This document shows, in pieces, positions 13,106 to 27,363 of a stretch of 64,000 bases of DNA. Source of the DNA: Octopus sinensis (taxonomy: Eukaryota). Positions within the stretch are counted from its first letter, which is position 1. Each line of letters starts with the position of its first letter. A program made the position numbers and the translations under genes. Below the pieces are notes generated by a model. The model ran no database searches. It saw only the letters and a program-made list of their open reading frames with translations, and was not told the DNA's origin. The stretch lies in the NCBI RefSeq assembly GCF_006345805.1, contig NC_042997.1, positions 59,520,001 to 59,584,000 of the forward strand. The letters run 5' to 3'.

Positions 13106-16089
13106 AGAACCACCACAAATATTGGAAAGCATTTTCTACAAATGCTCTAACATTTCTGCCAGCTCAATGCTCATACTTCTTATAACAATGAAGAACTGCT
13201 ACACACACACTGCTACAAGGAGTTATGTATCATGGCCATGAACAAAGCACGATTCTATTAATGGGACTTCTCCAAATATTTGATTGACCAAGATTAGTAC
13301 AACTTTATTCAGTGGAACACCTGAATCATTATCATCAGTCTTACTGTTGTTATCAAGCTCTGGTTCTGATTCAGCTCGTACATGATGGTTAGTGTGCAAC
13401 AGCCAAATTCACATCCAGTTTTCAGTATACACACAAACTTACTCAACATTCACCACCATGCAAATATCTTCCCCAGCTACAAGAACTCCTTACTAAAAGA
13501 GAAGCCTTGTGCTTTGGCAATAGATGTCACTATTCTATTGCCCAAGCATTATTCTGTTTAATTAATTCCAAGCCAGAACTCTTCTTATAATTGAGATTTT
13601 ATTTATCTATATTTTTTTTTTTTCTGTAGAGTAAGCTTCACTTCTTATCTAGTAAACATCAATTTCTCTAGCAAGTTAGTTTCCCCACTTCCACTTAATA
13701 CAGAGGCAGAAAGAACCTTTACTTTCTCGCACATACTTTTGTTCCAGCAGAAACTATTTTTAGCATAGACGTTTATTATAATTACAGTCTTATGTCATTC
13801 ATGACACCAAATGTTGTTACTATTTTATGCTTTAGGGTGGCCTTCCTGACAGACATTTTTCATTTCTGACATACACTGTGACAGCTTTACTATTTTAAAC
13901 CAGAAAAGCATGAATTTTTCAGCTAAAGTTCCAGACTAGAAACCAGATGTGTATTTTCTTTTCTTTATTCTTTTATTTTCTTTTTTGTTGTGGTGGCAGG
14001 GTGTGCAGGGGTATGGGAGTTTTGTTTTCTTAAAACTAGTTTACTCATGGTTATGAGGATATCCATGCAGCTAAACAATGAAGTTGGAGAATATCTGTGT
14101 AGCTGTTGAATAGATACAAAGCATTACAGTAAACTTCAGGCTTTCATATTAAACATGTAGCTGGAAAACACTTATGTAACTATAGGATAACCATATAACT
14201 GAAAAATAGACACAATGTGGTCATATCTATGTGGGCACATAGTCTGCAAAAAATAATAGCCAAATCTCCTACTCTCAAACCACTTTCTACTATTTTAAAA
14301 ATGGGAAGGACAACATAAAGTAATCTAGTGTTTGCTATTCCTATGAAAAAAATAAAAATAAGCAGGGATGGTCAGACTGGAATATTTTTAATCCTAAGTC
14401 AATGCAGGCAGAGCCAGTTTGGGATTAAACAACAACATAGATATACATCTATTAAATGTTGGAATTTGGAACCCCTTCAACAAAATAAATTTACAACCAA
14501 TGTAACAAATAAAAAAAAGAGTTTTGACAATTTAGCCAAATAAAAAATCTGCTTTATCATTGGCTAACTTTCACAACTTCATAAGATGCTATATGAAGTC
14601 CTTTTCCTGCCAACCCTCCTGAGACCACCTCTGGTTATATGACAGAAAATCTCTAATTTTAAAGGGCTTATATTTGAATTAAAACATTCAATCAAAATCT
14701 TATGCAAGAAAATTTGAAGTTATGTTTCAAACATCAATGTAACAATAAGGAAAAAATTATTTTATTAAATCCCACAAAACTCTTATTTTTCAGAATTGAC
14801 TGAAACACATAGGCAATATACAAAATTAGAAATATGTTGACAAATGAGTTAATATAACTAGTAAGATATACTTTTTCCATCAACTGGTTAATACTATGAG
14901 TAGGATTATCAACTTAGAACTGATTCTCCTGCTTAACAAAAATACTTTCAATTCTTTTCCATCCATTGTTTAAGAAGCACATACACAACAACAACAACAA
15001 CAACAAAAACATACCTACTCTGGTGTTCCTGTATCATGCAATGTTTTTAAGACAGTCAGACAGAGCACTCAAGTGGGTTTATTTCAGTAGTTAGTCTGAT
15101 TTCTATATTTTTTTAATTTATTCCAGTACCTATTAGCAGTCTACTAATCTCTTTCTACTATCAGTTGCCAGTTTGTTTTTGGACACCCTTTTTTCAACTT
15201 ACCTTTGGGGTAACTAAAAATATATGTCTTAGTTTTATCTAGCAAAGATAAATTTTAAAATCTACAAAATGTTACACATAATTAAAAAAAATTAACACAT
15301 GAAAATTACAACATAACCAAGTTGTTGTTGTTAGTGGTGTTGTTTTTTATATAGTCCAGGTCAATTCTGATCGACCACACAGGCAATTAGCCAAACCAAG
15401 TTTGGCCTACAGATCTGTTCTAGTTATATCACATAGCACCATGTTTCCACCTGGTGAAGAACCATACTTCACACTCCAGCATACAGTTATGAATCAAACA
15501 GGGTGCAGTGTGACAGTCCACAAATATTACATCCTCTCACCTGTTCAGTTTGTTCCCGTATGCCTATTGTTATTTAGTCTCAGATCAGCCCTGATCAAAA
15601 GCATTCCAGCCATAACCATCCTGTCTTTATTCAGATAGTGTATCTAGGGATACATTTATTCAATCTGTTCTTCCCTTTTCCTTAACAGTAGGATATGGTT
15701 TGGAGGAGAGTTGGCTGCCACTTCTAGAAGGTTGAGCATTTACACAGAGATTCCTTTGTTGGCTTTGTAGAAGCTCTCAAGTGAGTTCTATAGGCTTGTA
15801 AATTCTGAAGTTGTCTACAGCAAAAGTAGGGAAGGGGGACTTGATCAGAGTGTTCCTCAGAACTTATTACTTAGCAGTGTGTATTCTAGAAGTGATTAGA
15901 GACTTGTCTGGTTTCAATGCTACAGATGTACGTTGTTAATACATTGTGACCTGTTAATATCCAGGATCTACATGAGCCTACATTTCTAAGACTACGCAGA
16001 GTGCTATAGATAAGAAATACATCATGCTGAACAAGAAAAATGAATACATTAGGCACAAAAAAAAAAATGAAATTGAATGGCAAGGTGTG

Positions 16090-16122
<33 letters not shown>

Positions 16123-16496
16123 ATGCAAGAGAGAGATATTCTGTCAAGCAATAGTTTATGTTGCTTGGTGATATGGTAGGTAATTTAGCAAAAAAAAAAA
16201 AAAATGAAAACTATGTAATATATCAAATTATGTAATGTATTGTGCGTAAATAAATTAGTATGCTATTGAAACATTTATAGCATGAACTGAAGTGTAGAAT
16301 ATCTACTCATCTTCATTTATTATATCATCCACACTGTTTAACATCCTCTTTCCATGCTGGCATGGGTTGGATGGTTTGACAAGAGCTGGCCAGGCAGGGG
16401 CCTGCACCATGCATCTGTATCTGTTTTGGCATGGTTTTTACAGCTGGATGCCCTTCCTAACACCAACCACTCTGTAATGTGTGTGTGTGTGTGTGA

Positions 16497-16800
16497 AGGC
16501 ACATAGCTTAGTGGTTAGGGTGTTGTACTCATGATTGCAAGACCACGGTTTTGACTCCTAGATAAGTGGTGCATTGTGTTCTTGAATGAAACACTTCATT
16601 TCAAGTTGCTCCAGTTCACTCAGCTGTAAATGGGTAACTCTGCAACCGACTGGCAATCTGGTCAGTGGGGATGTTGTCCTACCTGTTTAACCAGTGGGAT
16701 AGCATCATTCAAAAGCTTCAACAATGTGAGGAAGAGCATTGTGGCCAGCAGTGTGTAACAACATCCAACAGTATGGTTGATATATTCATACAGTGAGAAA
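16497..16800 (+). mobile_element. tRNA-derived SINE (family C) with CORE-like central domain
   Basis: Head GGCACATAGCTTAGTGGTTAGG; TTGTGTTCTTGAATGAAACACTT..CACTCAGCTGTAAATGGGTA; related to 56027-56345. Confidence 0.75.
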
Positions 16801-17513
16801 TATATATATTTTCATACTCTGTTTGTTTATATAATTGTCTTAATATGAATGATTAATCATACGTATAGTTGAATTTACCTAAACATGTCACCAGACATAA
16901 CAGAAGCTAATAAATAAAGTCTACATTGCCTCTTGACTTGCTGAAAATAGCAGTTAAATTCCCTCAAATCATACCCACTGTTTTAAAAAGGAAAGGATAC
17001 ACAGGGCATGTTCTAGATATATTTTATCTTTCAATTGTTTCAGTCATTAGACTGTGGCCATGCTGGGGCACCACCTTGAAGAATTCTTAGTCAAATGAAT
17101 CAACTGGAGATGTAAAACACACCAACACTGGTTGTCAAACAATATAAAAGAAACAAAATGGTCATAGCTCAAAGTTAATTAATCATAAATTTTCTCAATC
17201 AGTGTTGATCTAGTGCTAAAACAACAATAATGAAACATGACAACGAGGTACAATGTAGGACTATGAGATTTACAGTACAGGAATATAAATAACATTTGGT
17301 TCAATAACAACATTTGGATGAATGCAAAAACGTTTGTTTTTGTATTCATCCTGCAGAGCAGCTAGATAAAATCTATTCTTCCGCCAAACTCAATTTTTTC
17401 TTTTTGTTTATCAAGTAGTTCTTCCTTTAGAGAATTTTAAAAGTTCCAGCTTTAATAAGCTTCAACTTGCTCCAATAATGTCAAAATCTGACAAACATCA
17501 ACCTATATATATA

Positions 17514-18025
17514 TAGGGTGTAACAGGTAAATTGGGGCAAGTTTCAAATGGGTATATTTCTAATTGTATAGATTTTGTTGGAGTCTAAATTTTAAATATT
17601 ACCAGTTTGAATAATCACTTGTACTATTTTATATTTCAGATTGAACAAACTGTGAATATTAATAAAGGATTAAACCATAGAAGTGTTACTGCCGAATTAT
17701 TCCGTGCTGGCAAAAGTGCTGGGGAGAGTGTTAGAGCCACAAAGTATGCCAAATCTACTGCTTTTAGAGTTGTGACCAATTTGAAGAAAAGTCAGGATGT
17801 TCAGAGAAAGCCTCACAATACTCGTTGTGACCAAAAACACATACTCTGCTTCTTAATAGGACTTGAAAGATCGATTAAGTTGAACCAATCAAAGTCAATG
17901 GCAAAGTTGGCTCAAGATCGAGGAATGAGTAAAATGACTGTTTCTAGGGCTGTTAGACAAGAGCTCCGTAGGAAATCATATGTGAGAAGACACTGTAACA
18001 TCTTAACTACTTGCTCCAAAGCCAT
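17514..18025 (+). mobile_element. Tc1/mariner 5' fragment (TIR + HTH region)
   Basis: TA-TAGGGTG TIR start; ORF 17607-18038 with KSMAKLAQDRGMSKMTVSRAVRQELRRKSYVRR; truncated by a SINE head. Confidence 0.8.
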
Positions 18026-19152
18026 TCAGTGGAACTGAGCCTGGAACCATGTGGTTGGGAAGCAAGCTTCTTACCATATAGCCATGCCTGTGTCTATTAG
18101 TTAGGTTAAGTTTCTTAACTGTGGACAATAACCATTAGTTCTTTGTCTTGTAGGCCAAAATTCTTTCAACTAAACTTTCTGAAATAATGATTGAATAGGT
18201 TGTAGTACATGTTGGCCACAGAACAGCTTCATTATCAGGCATTTGGGATGATGTGAAAATTCGAAGTCTCCAAATAACCAATGTTTAATTCCAATTTCAT
18301 AGCATCAAGTGGATGAAAGAAATCTCTACTCAAGAAGATGCCAGTCCATAACAGGTAAGATTCATAAATAGTTTGGTACCTGTTCCCATTGGCAACATGA
18401 ACCAAAACAATAAAAACCAAAGACTAAAGTGTTATTTTCAAAAACACAATATTTGTGCAAAAATTTGAACTAAAGACCTATGAGCAAATAGCTTAAGATC
18501 TAATGCATTTAGTTATTTTATATTCCACAGATGAACAGATAACATAATTAACAAAGAATTTTCAAAGCATTGTTGCAGCTGATTTCTAACTCTTTAGTTT
18601 TTCTGTAGCATTTATAGTCTTGAGATGAGGCCAATTATTTTTTTATAATTATATTTGAAATACTTAGTATTTTACAGCATATTTTCTCAGATCATTGCCA
18701 TTTAACCAGTATGCTTTGTGAATGTAAAAATTTACCTGACCATTTCTGCAATGTTTATGGTACTTTTACAACTACAACACAATGATGAACTTTTACAGCT
18801 GATCTTATAAAAATATATCAAATTTACTTTGCTTGTCATATAAGTTAACCAAAACATGCAAGTGGGCACATCAAATTTGCTCTGCTTGTTAAAGTCAACT
18901 ACATGATTGGATGGAAAAAGGATGTTCAATGCCATGTATCATATCCATGATATGGAGAGAAGAAAGAAAAATAATCATCATAACTGAGTTTTCTGTTAAC
19001 TAGCACAATGCTATCTATTCAAACTTATATCAGGTAGTAACAAATGTCCTGTCTGTTTATTTATATATATAACAAAGTGGAGTTGTGGGGTACCACACGA
19101 GTGGAATTATATACGAAAGAAGGTTTGAAAATGCAATTTAAAAGATGTTTAT

Positions 19153-19197
19153 TTACTTTACCGGTTTCACTCTTTGGAAAAAGATTGTCAAAAGTAA
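19153..19197 (-). ncRNA. Penelope-type minimal hammerhead remnant
   Basis: Stem I TTACTT/AAGTAA, core TTGACAA (decayed CTGACGA), stem II TCTTT/AAAGA, GAAA, palindrome ACCGGT. Confidence 0.55.
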
Positions 19198-19469
19198 CAT
19201 GTAGAAGTTTGGTTGCGTCAATTATTGGTTGTTGCAAATTGCTACATTACATATATACAGTCTTTGGTGACAGGGACATGTTAAAGACATAAAAAAGTTC
19301 AACAAGTTCCTTAAAATATTGGGCACAAAAGATTACTACATAAATAATCGTTCTCAAGGACATGCTTAAGATAGTTTCCAGAAGGAATTGATATTGGTAT
19401 TGTATCTGTATATTCAAACATGCACAGAATATTGGTTGACACAGAGTACTATAATCCATATAAATATAT

Positions 19470-19910
19470 ATTCTTTGGTGACAAGAGTTATGTTATTACC
19501 AAGTGGGATCTTCTTCATAATGTTATCGGGTTTTTCATGCATAATGGTTGACAAAACCTCTTTGATAACTGGGAAAAGTAATGTTTCTCCAATTGTGTGA
19601 GACTTTCCAGACTTAGCAACAAGCAATGCAATGTTGTATGATGCAATCAACTTATCATTCTCCTGTTTACTAGTTTCCTGGAGTAGCATGTTGAATATTT
19701 GTGTTTGCCTTTTTGAAAGAGGAGCTCAGTTGCAAAAAGTATGACAATGGCTTGTCCTTCTTGTCAGAATGCTTTGCATCAAAGTGATACTTCTAGCATG
19801 AACGTTTCATTGCTTCGTTGATCAATGTTTGATGGCAAAGAAGGCACATTGGTAACTGACAGTTCTGAGGAGAGGGAATAAATCCAAATGATAAATAATC
19901 ACTGCTGTAC
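19470..19910 (-). mobile_element. hAT (Buster/Charlie, ZBED5/SCAND3-like) transposase N-terminal fragment
   Basis: YLSFGFI...PMCLLC BED finger; ASYNIALLVAKSGKSHTIGETL...IPLGNN. Confidence 0.85.
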
Positions 19911-19914
19911 TCTT

Positions 19915-20315
19915 TTTTCTCTTTTTTACTTGTTTCAGTCATTTTGACTGCGGCCATGCTGGTGCACCGCCTTTAATTGAGCAACTCAATCCCGAGACTT
20001 ATTCTTTGTAAGCCCAGTACTTATTCTATCGGTCTCTTTTGCCGAACCGCTAAGTGACAGGGACATAAACACACCAGCATCGGTTTTCAAGCAATGCTAG
20101 GGGGACAAACACAGACACACAAACATACATGCACATACATATATATACATATATACGACGGGCTTCTTTCAGTTTCCGTCTACCAAATCCACTCACAAGG
20201 CTTTGGTCGGCCCGAGGCTATAGTAGAAGACACTTGCCCAAGGTGCCATGCAGTGGGACTGAACCCGGAACCATGTGGTTGGTAAACAAGCTACTTACCG
20301 CACAGCCACTCCTGC
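19915..20315 (-). mobile_element. SINE family A copy (young, CpG-retaining)
   Basis: Near-consensus full-length copy. Confidence 0.92.
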
Positions 20316-21229
20316 TGTCGACAAATTTTCTTGATTGGAGGCATCAGAAAAGTAAAAATGTGTAAACGAATTTCTACAGACGGTGTCAGAAAGGCAAAGA
20401 GAAGAAGAAGTTAACAGAGCAGAGCAGAGTCAGATGAAATGTCTTTACTGGAGCAAATATGGATGTAGTTTGTTTGACTGCCAGCATTTCAAAAATTTAG
20501 TTTTATCGAAAATTTTAGAATTTGGCACATTAATGTACCTTTCCAAGCTAAATTGCTGGACTTATTCATCTTTTTCCAGAAAAATGATTTTAAAAAGTTA
20601 CAGAGGTTTAAAGTCTGATCATTTTTACCCAATCAAGAAAATGATGTCAAAGCTGTCATTTTGTGCGTGACTGCATATTTTGTCAACATCCTGAAAATAG
20701 CACTTGTGTTTTGATATGAAACCACAGAATTACGCATGACATATAACTCCTCATAACTTTTTTATTTTTTGGAATTTTCAGAAAATTTTTGCAAATTTGA
20801 ATTCTATACTCGGGACTTCATATGATTATGCAAAAAAAAATTGTAGTTGAGTGTGATTTAAGGCCTAGGCCTATTTGACTGCTACTTTTAGCATGTATGA
20901 CAACCATCTCAATGACTGCGACAAAAATATTAGATTGATAAACAAGTCTGCTTTTTTAATACAAAGGGACATCTCATGTGAGTAGTCAAATCAATAGAAG
21001 TGCATCCTTATTCTAGGCACGGCTAGATATCAGCAAATGCAGATTTAATTCCTAAAAATTCATTGTCACTTACAAAATGTTCATATTGCCCACCAAAATC
21101 TCAAATCACACATTTACCCATCACCCACTTTGGGAAGCTATGCATTAAGTGAAAATGTCAGTGGCTTAGTCATGATGAACAGCTAGCTCAGCAGTCCAGA
21201 AGTGGCCTGCAACCAAGGAAGATTCTTCT

Positions 21230-21620
21230 GAGTGTATAGTGGAATATGCATGGAATAATTTATCATAAGCTGTTAGGTGATAAATAAACAATAACAGCTG
21301 ATGTATACTACCAACAGCTGACACGTTTGAAAGCACCTTTACAGCAAAAATGTCCATCATTAATAAATAGAAAAGTAGTCATCCCTCATCATGATAATAC
21401 TAGCCCTCACACTGCACAAAAGACCAAAGATCACCGAGAAAAATATGCTTGGGAAATTATGCATCACCTACTATATTTTCTGGACCTCACACTTACAGAT
21501 AGCCAACTCTTTAGAAGTTTACAAAATCATTTGAGTGGATTAAGACTTAATTCAAAAGCAGAAGTCGAAAATGAGAATTTCCTTTCTCACTTCTAAACCT
21601 AAGAAATTTTATGAACATAT
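21230..21620 (+). mobile_element. Mariner (DD34D) transposase C-terminal remnant
   Basis: HHDNTSPH (HDNARPH), HLLYFLDLTLTDSQLFRSLQNHL (HPPYSPDLAPSDYHLFRSLQN). Confidence 0.85.
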
Positions 21621-22390
21621 GATCAACATCAAGAACCATGAAAGCAGTTCTGCTACATAAAACAATGTAAATTCATGGAATCCCCACATTCAATAACCTG
21701 TTCATCAATGGAATCTCCATAGGGATCTCAAAGTTATTGGCAAGCTAATGGACATACAAGATTTATAAAATGTTATTTTTTATAGTTATGAGACATCTGT
21801 ATTACCACAGGCCATTATGAAAACACAACTGGCCTCTAAAATAAACATATGTCCTAAGGGAATAAGCAGTGTCTACTTTGTCCCTTATGTTGATCCTAAG
21901 AAGATATTTCTACAACTTCTCCATATTTAAGCTTGGTTTAATGAAAATTTTGTCAAAATGATGATTAAAGTCAGTTTGAGAGGATTTCAGTATCCTCAAA
22001 ATTTCCCAAATGAAAATGTGACAAAGTTAAAGGAAGAAATTTTTGTGGTGTCAAATCAGGTAAGTTTTAAAAGATATTGAGTGTGAACAATTTTTCATTA
22101 ACTGGTTATACAAAACCTTACAGATGAATAATAAATTTATTGCAAACAGAGGTGGATTCTGACTGATGCTTATACAGAAACGGGCTGTTTAATGTTAAAA
22201 ATATACTTCCCACATTCTTATCTAGACTTCTTTCCAGCAAATCTTGGTGCAGCAAGCAATGAGCAAAGAGAATAATTTCTTTAAGATATTCATGCAATGG
22301 AAACATGATACCAGGGATTTTAGAATAAAGGCATGATAGTTGACTATTGTTGGATGTTATATCACTATGACCCAGATGAAGTTTAAAAAA
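21621..22390 (+). mobile_element. Chapaev3-like (CMC) transposase remnant
   Basis: Frameshifted motifs KAVLLH, DLKVIGKLM, VDPKKIFL..LHI-KLGLMK-NFVK, KLKEEIFV, HSYLDFFPANLGA..., YQG...DYCWML. Confidence 0.75.
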
Positions 22391-23067
22391 GAAAATAAAA
22401 ATAAAAAAAAACTTGTATAATGTATACTCTTTAATTGCCTGTGTATCTAATTGAATTTTATAATACAATAACGAGACAGATGAAGTATAAATTAGTAAGC
22501 CAACAAAATGCTATCTTTTGATTGGTGACCTTTTCCCAGAAAGTTCCAGTACTAATTTTGACAGTTAAGAGAACTGAATTAAGAAGGGTCAGTTATCTTA
22601 TCTAGATGTATAATGAATTGTCTGTAACAGTATGTTATGAATATCCTCCACAACAATAGAATTATACTTGGTATATGGATGTGATATAAGACAACCAACC
22701 CAAAGAAGCATTTCAGAAGGAATACAAGTAAATTCTCAATGTCTCATAGTAAGGCTGGTGCTAAAATACTTAATGTAATGAGCCCAAAAAGTTTTTAATT
22801 AATTAAAATTATATTTGAGATGGAGGAAAAATAATTAGGAGCTTAATAACCAGGGAAGCAAGAGAGACAATACCAAAAATTTTCCCATAATAGGACAATT
22901 TTTAGAGCCTGGTACTTATTCTATTGGTATCTTTTGCCAAACTGCTAAGTTACAGGTATATAAACACACCAACACTTATTGTCAAGCAGCGGTGGGACAC
23001 ATACAAACATGATGAGCTTTCAATTTCCATCTACCAAATCTGCTCATGAGGCTTTGGTAGGTTCAAA

Positions 23068-23281
23068 GTGGTCATGAAAAGTTCCTGGCTTTTAGGGTAT
23101 CACAAAAGGCATGGTTGGAGGCCCAACCTTCCAAGTTCTTTTAGAGGTTTTAGGAAAACTGAAGGACTGCTGCAATAAGTGGGTGAATGTGAGTGGGGAA
23201 TATGTTGAATAAAATCATAATTAACTGATCCTCCATTATTTTCATTTACTTAAAGCCAGGAACTTTTCAGCACCCTGTCAT
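23068..23281 (+). mobile_element. Mariner deletion derivative inserted in a SINE (host SINE ~22905-23372, minus)
   Basis: TIR cores AAAAGTTCCTGGCTTT / AAAGCCAGGAACTTTT; internal ...NKWVNVSGEYVE*; host SINE resumes on both sides. Confidence 0.75.
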
Positions 23282-26200
23282 ATAGCAGAAGACACTTGCC
23301 CAAGGTACCATGTAGTGGGACTGGACGTGGAACCATGTGTTGGGAAGCAAACTTCTTACTACACAGCCATGCCAGTCAACAAAACATCCCAAGGGCATTC
23401 ATGTCTCCAACTTAGGGCTAGGTGCTGACCAAGTTAATTATACAAAAGAATCAAGGTGCAAAAAAAAAAAAAAGAAAAACAAAATTTTAAAGTGCAGCTG
23501 AATGAGGGACATATATTTCTGTATAACAAGTGACCAAAATCTTGTTAATTACACTGTCACCGAGCTGAAACGTGGTCATTTGACTGAAATGGGCAGGCAC
23601 CAGCCAAAATCCTTCTATTATTTAGTTTGCTTCATTTTATCTTCTCAGCACAAATTTCACCAAGGTCAACTTTGCATCTACTTTCACTAAGGTTGATATA
23701 AATACCAGTAATATACCATCTTCTCCTACTAAAGTCAGTTTTCTGTCACAGATATGGACAACAGGTGCAGGTATGGCTGTATGATAAGGAAGTTTGCTTA
23801 GTAGTTGCATTGTTTCAGGATCTATTCCACTGTAAGATATGAAATGGAAGTTACTTCCTGAAGCTTTGGGTTAACCAAACCATGTGAATGAAATTTGGTA
23901 GCTGGAAACTGTGCAGAAACCTGTTGGAAGGACTATTCTTCTTTTGGGGTGTCAGACTTAATCTGTTGTCCAATTTTTAGCAGAAATCACTCAGCATCAT
24001 CATCAACATTTAATGTCCGTTTTCCATGCTGGCATGGGTTGGATGGCTTGACAGGAACTGGCAAAGCCAAGGGCTAAACCAGGTTTCATAGTCTGTTTTG
24101 GCTTACTTTCTACAGCTGGATGCCCTTCCTAATGCCAACCACACCACAGAAAACATTTATTTGGATCAGGTGCTTTGGCTGAAGATAACTTCTTCATTTC
24201 TTCTTACTTATCTTAAACCAAAAAATTTAAAAACCGAAAAGGGAAAACAATGCAAAATAAACTGTGAACTTCTTAGTTATATTTTAACATGGAACCTTTT
24301 ACATGTAAAGGAACTCAGCCAGTGAGACAAAATATCTGAGCACTGGACTCAATGCTGCACAGTGATGAAATATGAGCCACCAATACTTTAACCAGCCATT
24401 TGATTTCCAAACAATTCTGCAAGATACACGAATACAAATAATTGAATAATTAAAAAACAAAAATAAAACGAGAAAATATACTTCAGGAAAATGTTGAATT
24501 AGATATCAACTTTGTGAGTTGTACAGGTTAAAGTGCATAATGGTGTTAACTATTTTCATATCAACCTGCCTGAGACTGCACTTTGTTGCACAATACAAAT
24601 TTCATATCTTAAAGTGATCTAATTAAAATCTTTCATTAAAATTTTATGCTAAGTTGAGTTCCAAATATCAGCTTAACAACAAGGTTATTTTACAAAATTC
24701 TTTATTATTATGAAAGTTTATTTAAATAGAGGCAGTATAGTTCAGTGAAAATATGAAAGGATTAAGGTGCTACATTTGTAATTTTGTTATGAGAAGTTAA
24801 GCATTTGCTATCTGCATTTCCTAGTGTTCTTCAGGCAAGACTTGCCCTCTCTACGAGATTAACAAAGGGTACTTAATTTTTTTCCTTCATAGTCAAATGG
24901 TTAGCAATAAGAAGAGCATCTAACACAGAGAAAAGAAGAAAGGAAAACAGCAATAATTAATATATAAGAAAATGTTGAATTGTTAGAGTTGGTGGAGAAG
25001 CACTGCACTGTTCCTACTGCAGATAGGTAGGCTTGGTTACTGAGATTTCAGTGCCATTCCCAGAGGCAGTGCAGTGAAAGAGATAGAATTTACTTGTGTC
25101 ACCTTGGCTGATAGGATGTATGTATTATGCTATTGACTCAACTAGATGTAATTTTGTTGCTATAGGGAATTTACTTAAACATAGTTGCAAATCCCAGCCA
25201 GGTATAAAGCACTTGGTATGTGTACCAATGTACTTTAGATGACCAAAGTAACAAATAAAAACCCACAGCTATCAATCCCAAGCAAGTATGACTTAGCACG
25301 TACTATGCCTTATGTTAGGTATCTGTAAAGTCTTAAGTTGACATTGGCACCCTCTCAGCCCTCCAAACATCCCCCAAGAAGAACACCCTCTAAACGTCCA
25401 CCAAGAAGAATATAGAGGATGTAATAGCTGCAGGAGGAAAGTACTGTAGCAGCACTAGGCTTGTATTCATTTCAGCTGAGCAGATTGGAGCAACAGCAAA
25501 TGAAGTGCCTTGCTCAAGAACACAATGTTGAGATTGACTTTGCCTTTTGTCCTTTCAGGATCAATGAAATAACCATCAGTTGATCACTGAAGGCAATGTA
25601 ATCGATTACATCACCCCTGCCTCCTCAAAATTTCAGACCTGTGACTAAAGTAGAAGGAATGATCACATTCATAAAACAAGATTGAACAGAAGAATTTTAT
25701 TACAATCCTTGTGTGTTGATAAAGAGGAGGACAATGAAAACAAGGAGGACATCAGAACCCATAGTATTCTGATCGTAAATCCAACATTCTAATCAATAAG
25801 CCACATGTTCTCAAAAGCATAAACACAATGTGAATTTGACAAAAAGGTGGAATAAAGAATCAGTTATGTTGATGCTGAGTACAATCGAAGACTTAGGATT
25901 TAGTGCTAGCTGTAAGGATAAGGTGACACAGTATGCAAATACCTTAAGATAATCATCACATCTGTCTTGGCACTCATTGTTGGTGGAAGTTACTGTATTC
26001 CGGTTTCTAAATGGGGGTGGGGGGGATATAAAAATGAAGCAAACAAAGAAAAAATAAATAAAAAGTTGGAAGGAAGGTAGGGGATAGACAAACAAACAAA
26101 TATCTAAACAAATACCGGTGTGATGTAAGATGAAGAAATTTTGCAAATGCTGGAAATATTTTAGTAGATGTCAATTTATCATCAAATGGCTTTTCTCCAG

Positions 26201-27363
26201 ATAAGATGAAAAAAAATGTTATGTATTGAAGTCTGTATATGTATGTATTAAATATATATGTATGTACTATATATATATATGTGTGTGTGTGTGTGAGTGT
26301 ATATGTAACTTAACTTCTGCAGATATCCTCCTCATTTTCATCATCATCCTCATTATCAGCTACATAAGAGAACAACATTCTTCAATTCATTCTTGTTTTA
26401 TGAATGAAATAACTCTTTTTACTATAGGCAGAAAGCCTGACATTTTGGGGGAGGCAGATAGTCAATTACATTGACCCCAGTAAAAGCATTAAAAAGTTCA
26501 AATTATTGAGAAAGAAGAAAAAAGAATCCTTCAGAACTACCTCAACAAGGAAATAATAACTAGACTTAACCTTGCTTAACTGCAGTGAACAGAAGAGAAC
26601 AGATGTTTTGTGTACGATACATAGGTGTAGTTTTTTAAAGAAGCAGAACAATAGACTGCACACTTCAAGTGAATCAATTGAGGCTCAGGTGTAGCTGTGT
26701 GGTGAGAAGTTTGCTTTCCAAACACAAGATTCCAGGTTCAATCCCACTGCATGGCACCTTGAGCAAGTATCTCCAACCATAGCCTCAGGCTGACCAATAT
26801 CTTGTGAGTGGATTTTGTAGATGGGAACTGAAAGTAGCCTCCTCTGTGTGTGTGCTTGTTTTGACATCACATGATAGTTGTAAAATAATTGTTACAATCA
26901 TACAAGCTATGTCATTCATTTCCAGTCTATGAGGAAATATTACCTTACTTGGAGACAGGTGAGGGTTGGTAACAAGAAGGACATCTGGCCATAGTAAATC
27001 TGCCTCAATAAACTCTGTTCAAGCCATGCAAGCATAGAAAAGTGGTCATTAAAATGATATGATGATGATATTTCCATTTAGTTGATTTCACTGACTATAT
27101 TCCATGTTTATAAACCCCATAACATCAGGTTTAATTCTAACAAGCATCACTGATTGTTTTACTTGTATGTTTTGTGAGTTTTTTTTTTTTGTTTGTTTTT
27201 GAATTTCAAGTCAAAAAACAACTTCAACAGCATGTGATTTTTATTTAAATTACTCCTGAAAGCATTCTTGTCATCTGAAGATGATGCTGTAAAACTGTGC
27301 TACAATTTTATAAATAAATAACAAACAACCCAACATTTGTAATAAAGAATTAAATATATATAT

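Noticed and set aside
17280-22760. Plus-strand reading as a multi-Tudor-domain pseudogene (e.g. apparent exon 18154-18354 AKILSTK...)
   Set aside because: The 21.6-22.4 kb part is better explained by Chapaev3 motifs, and 17.3-18.9 kb by the collinear minus-strand CCDC33-like reading; the Tudor similarity was superficial
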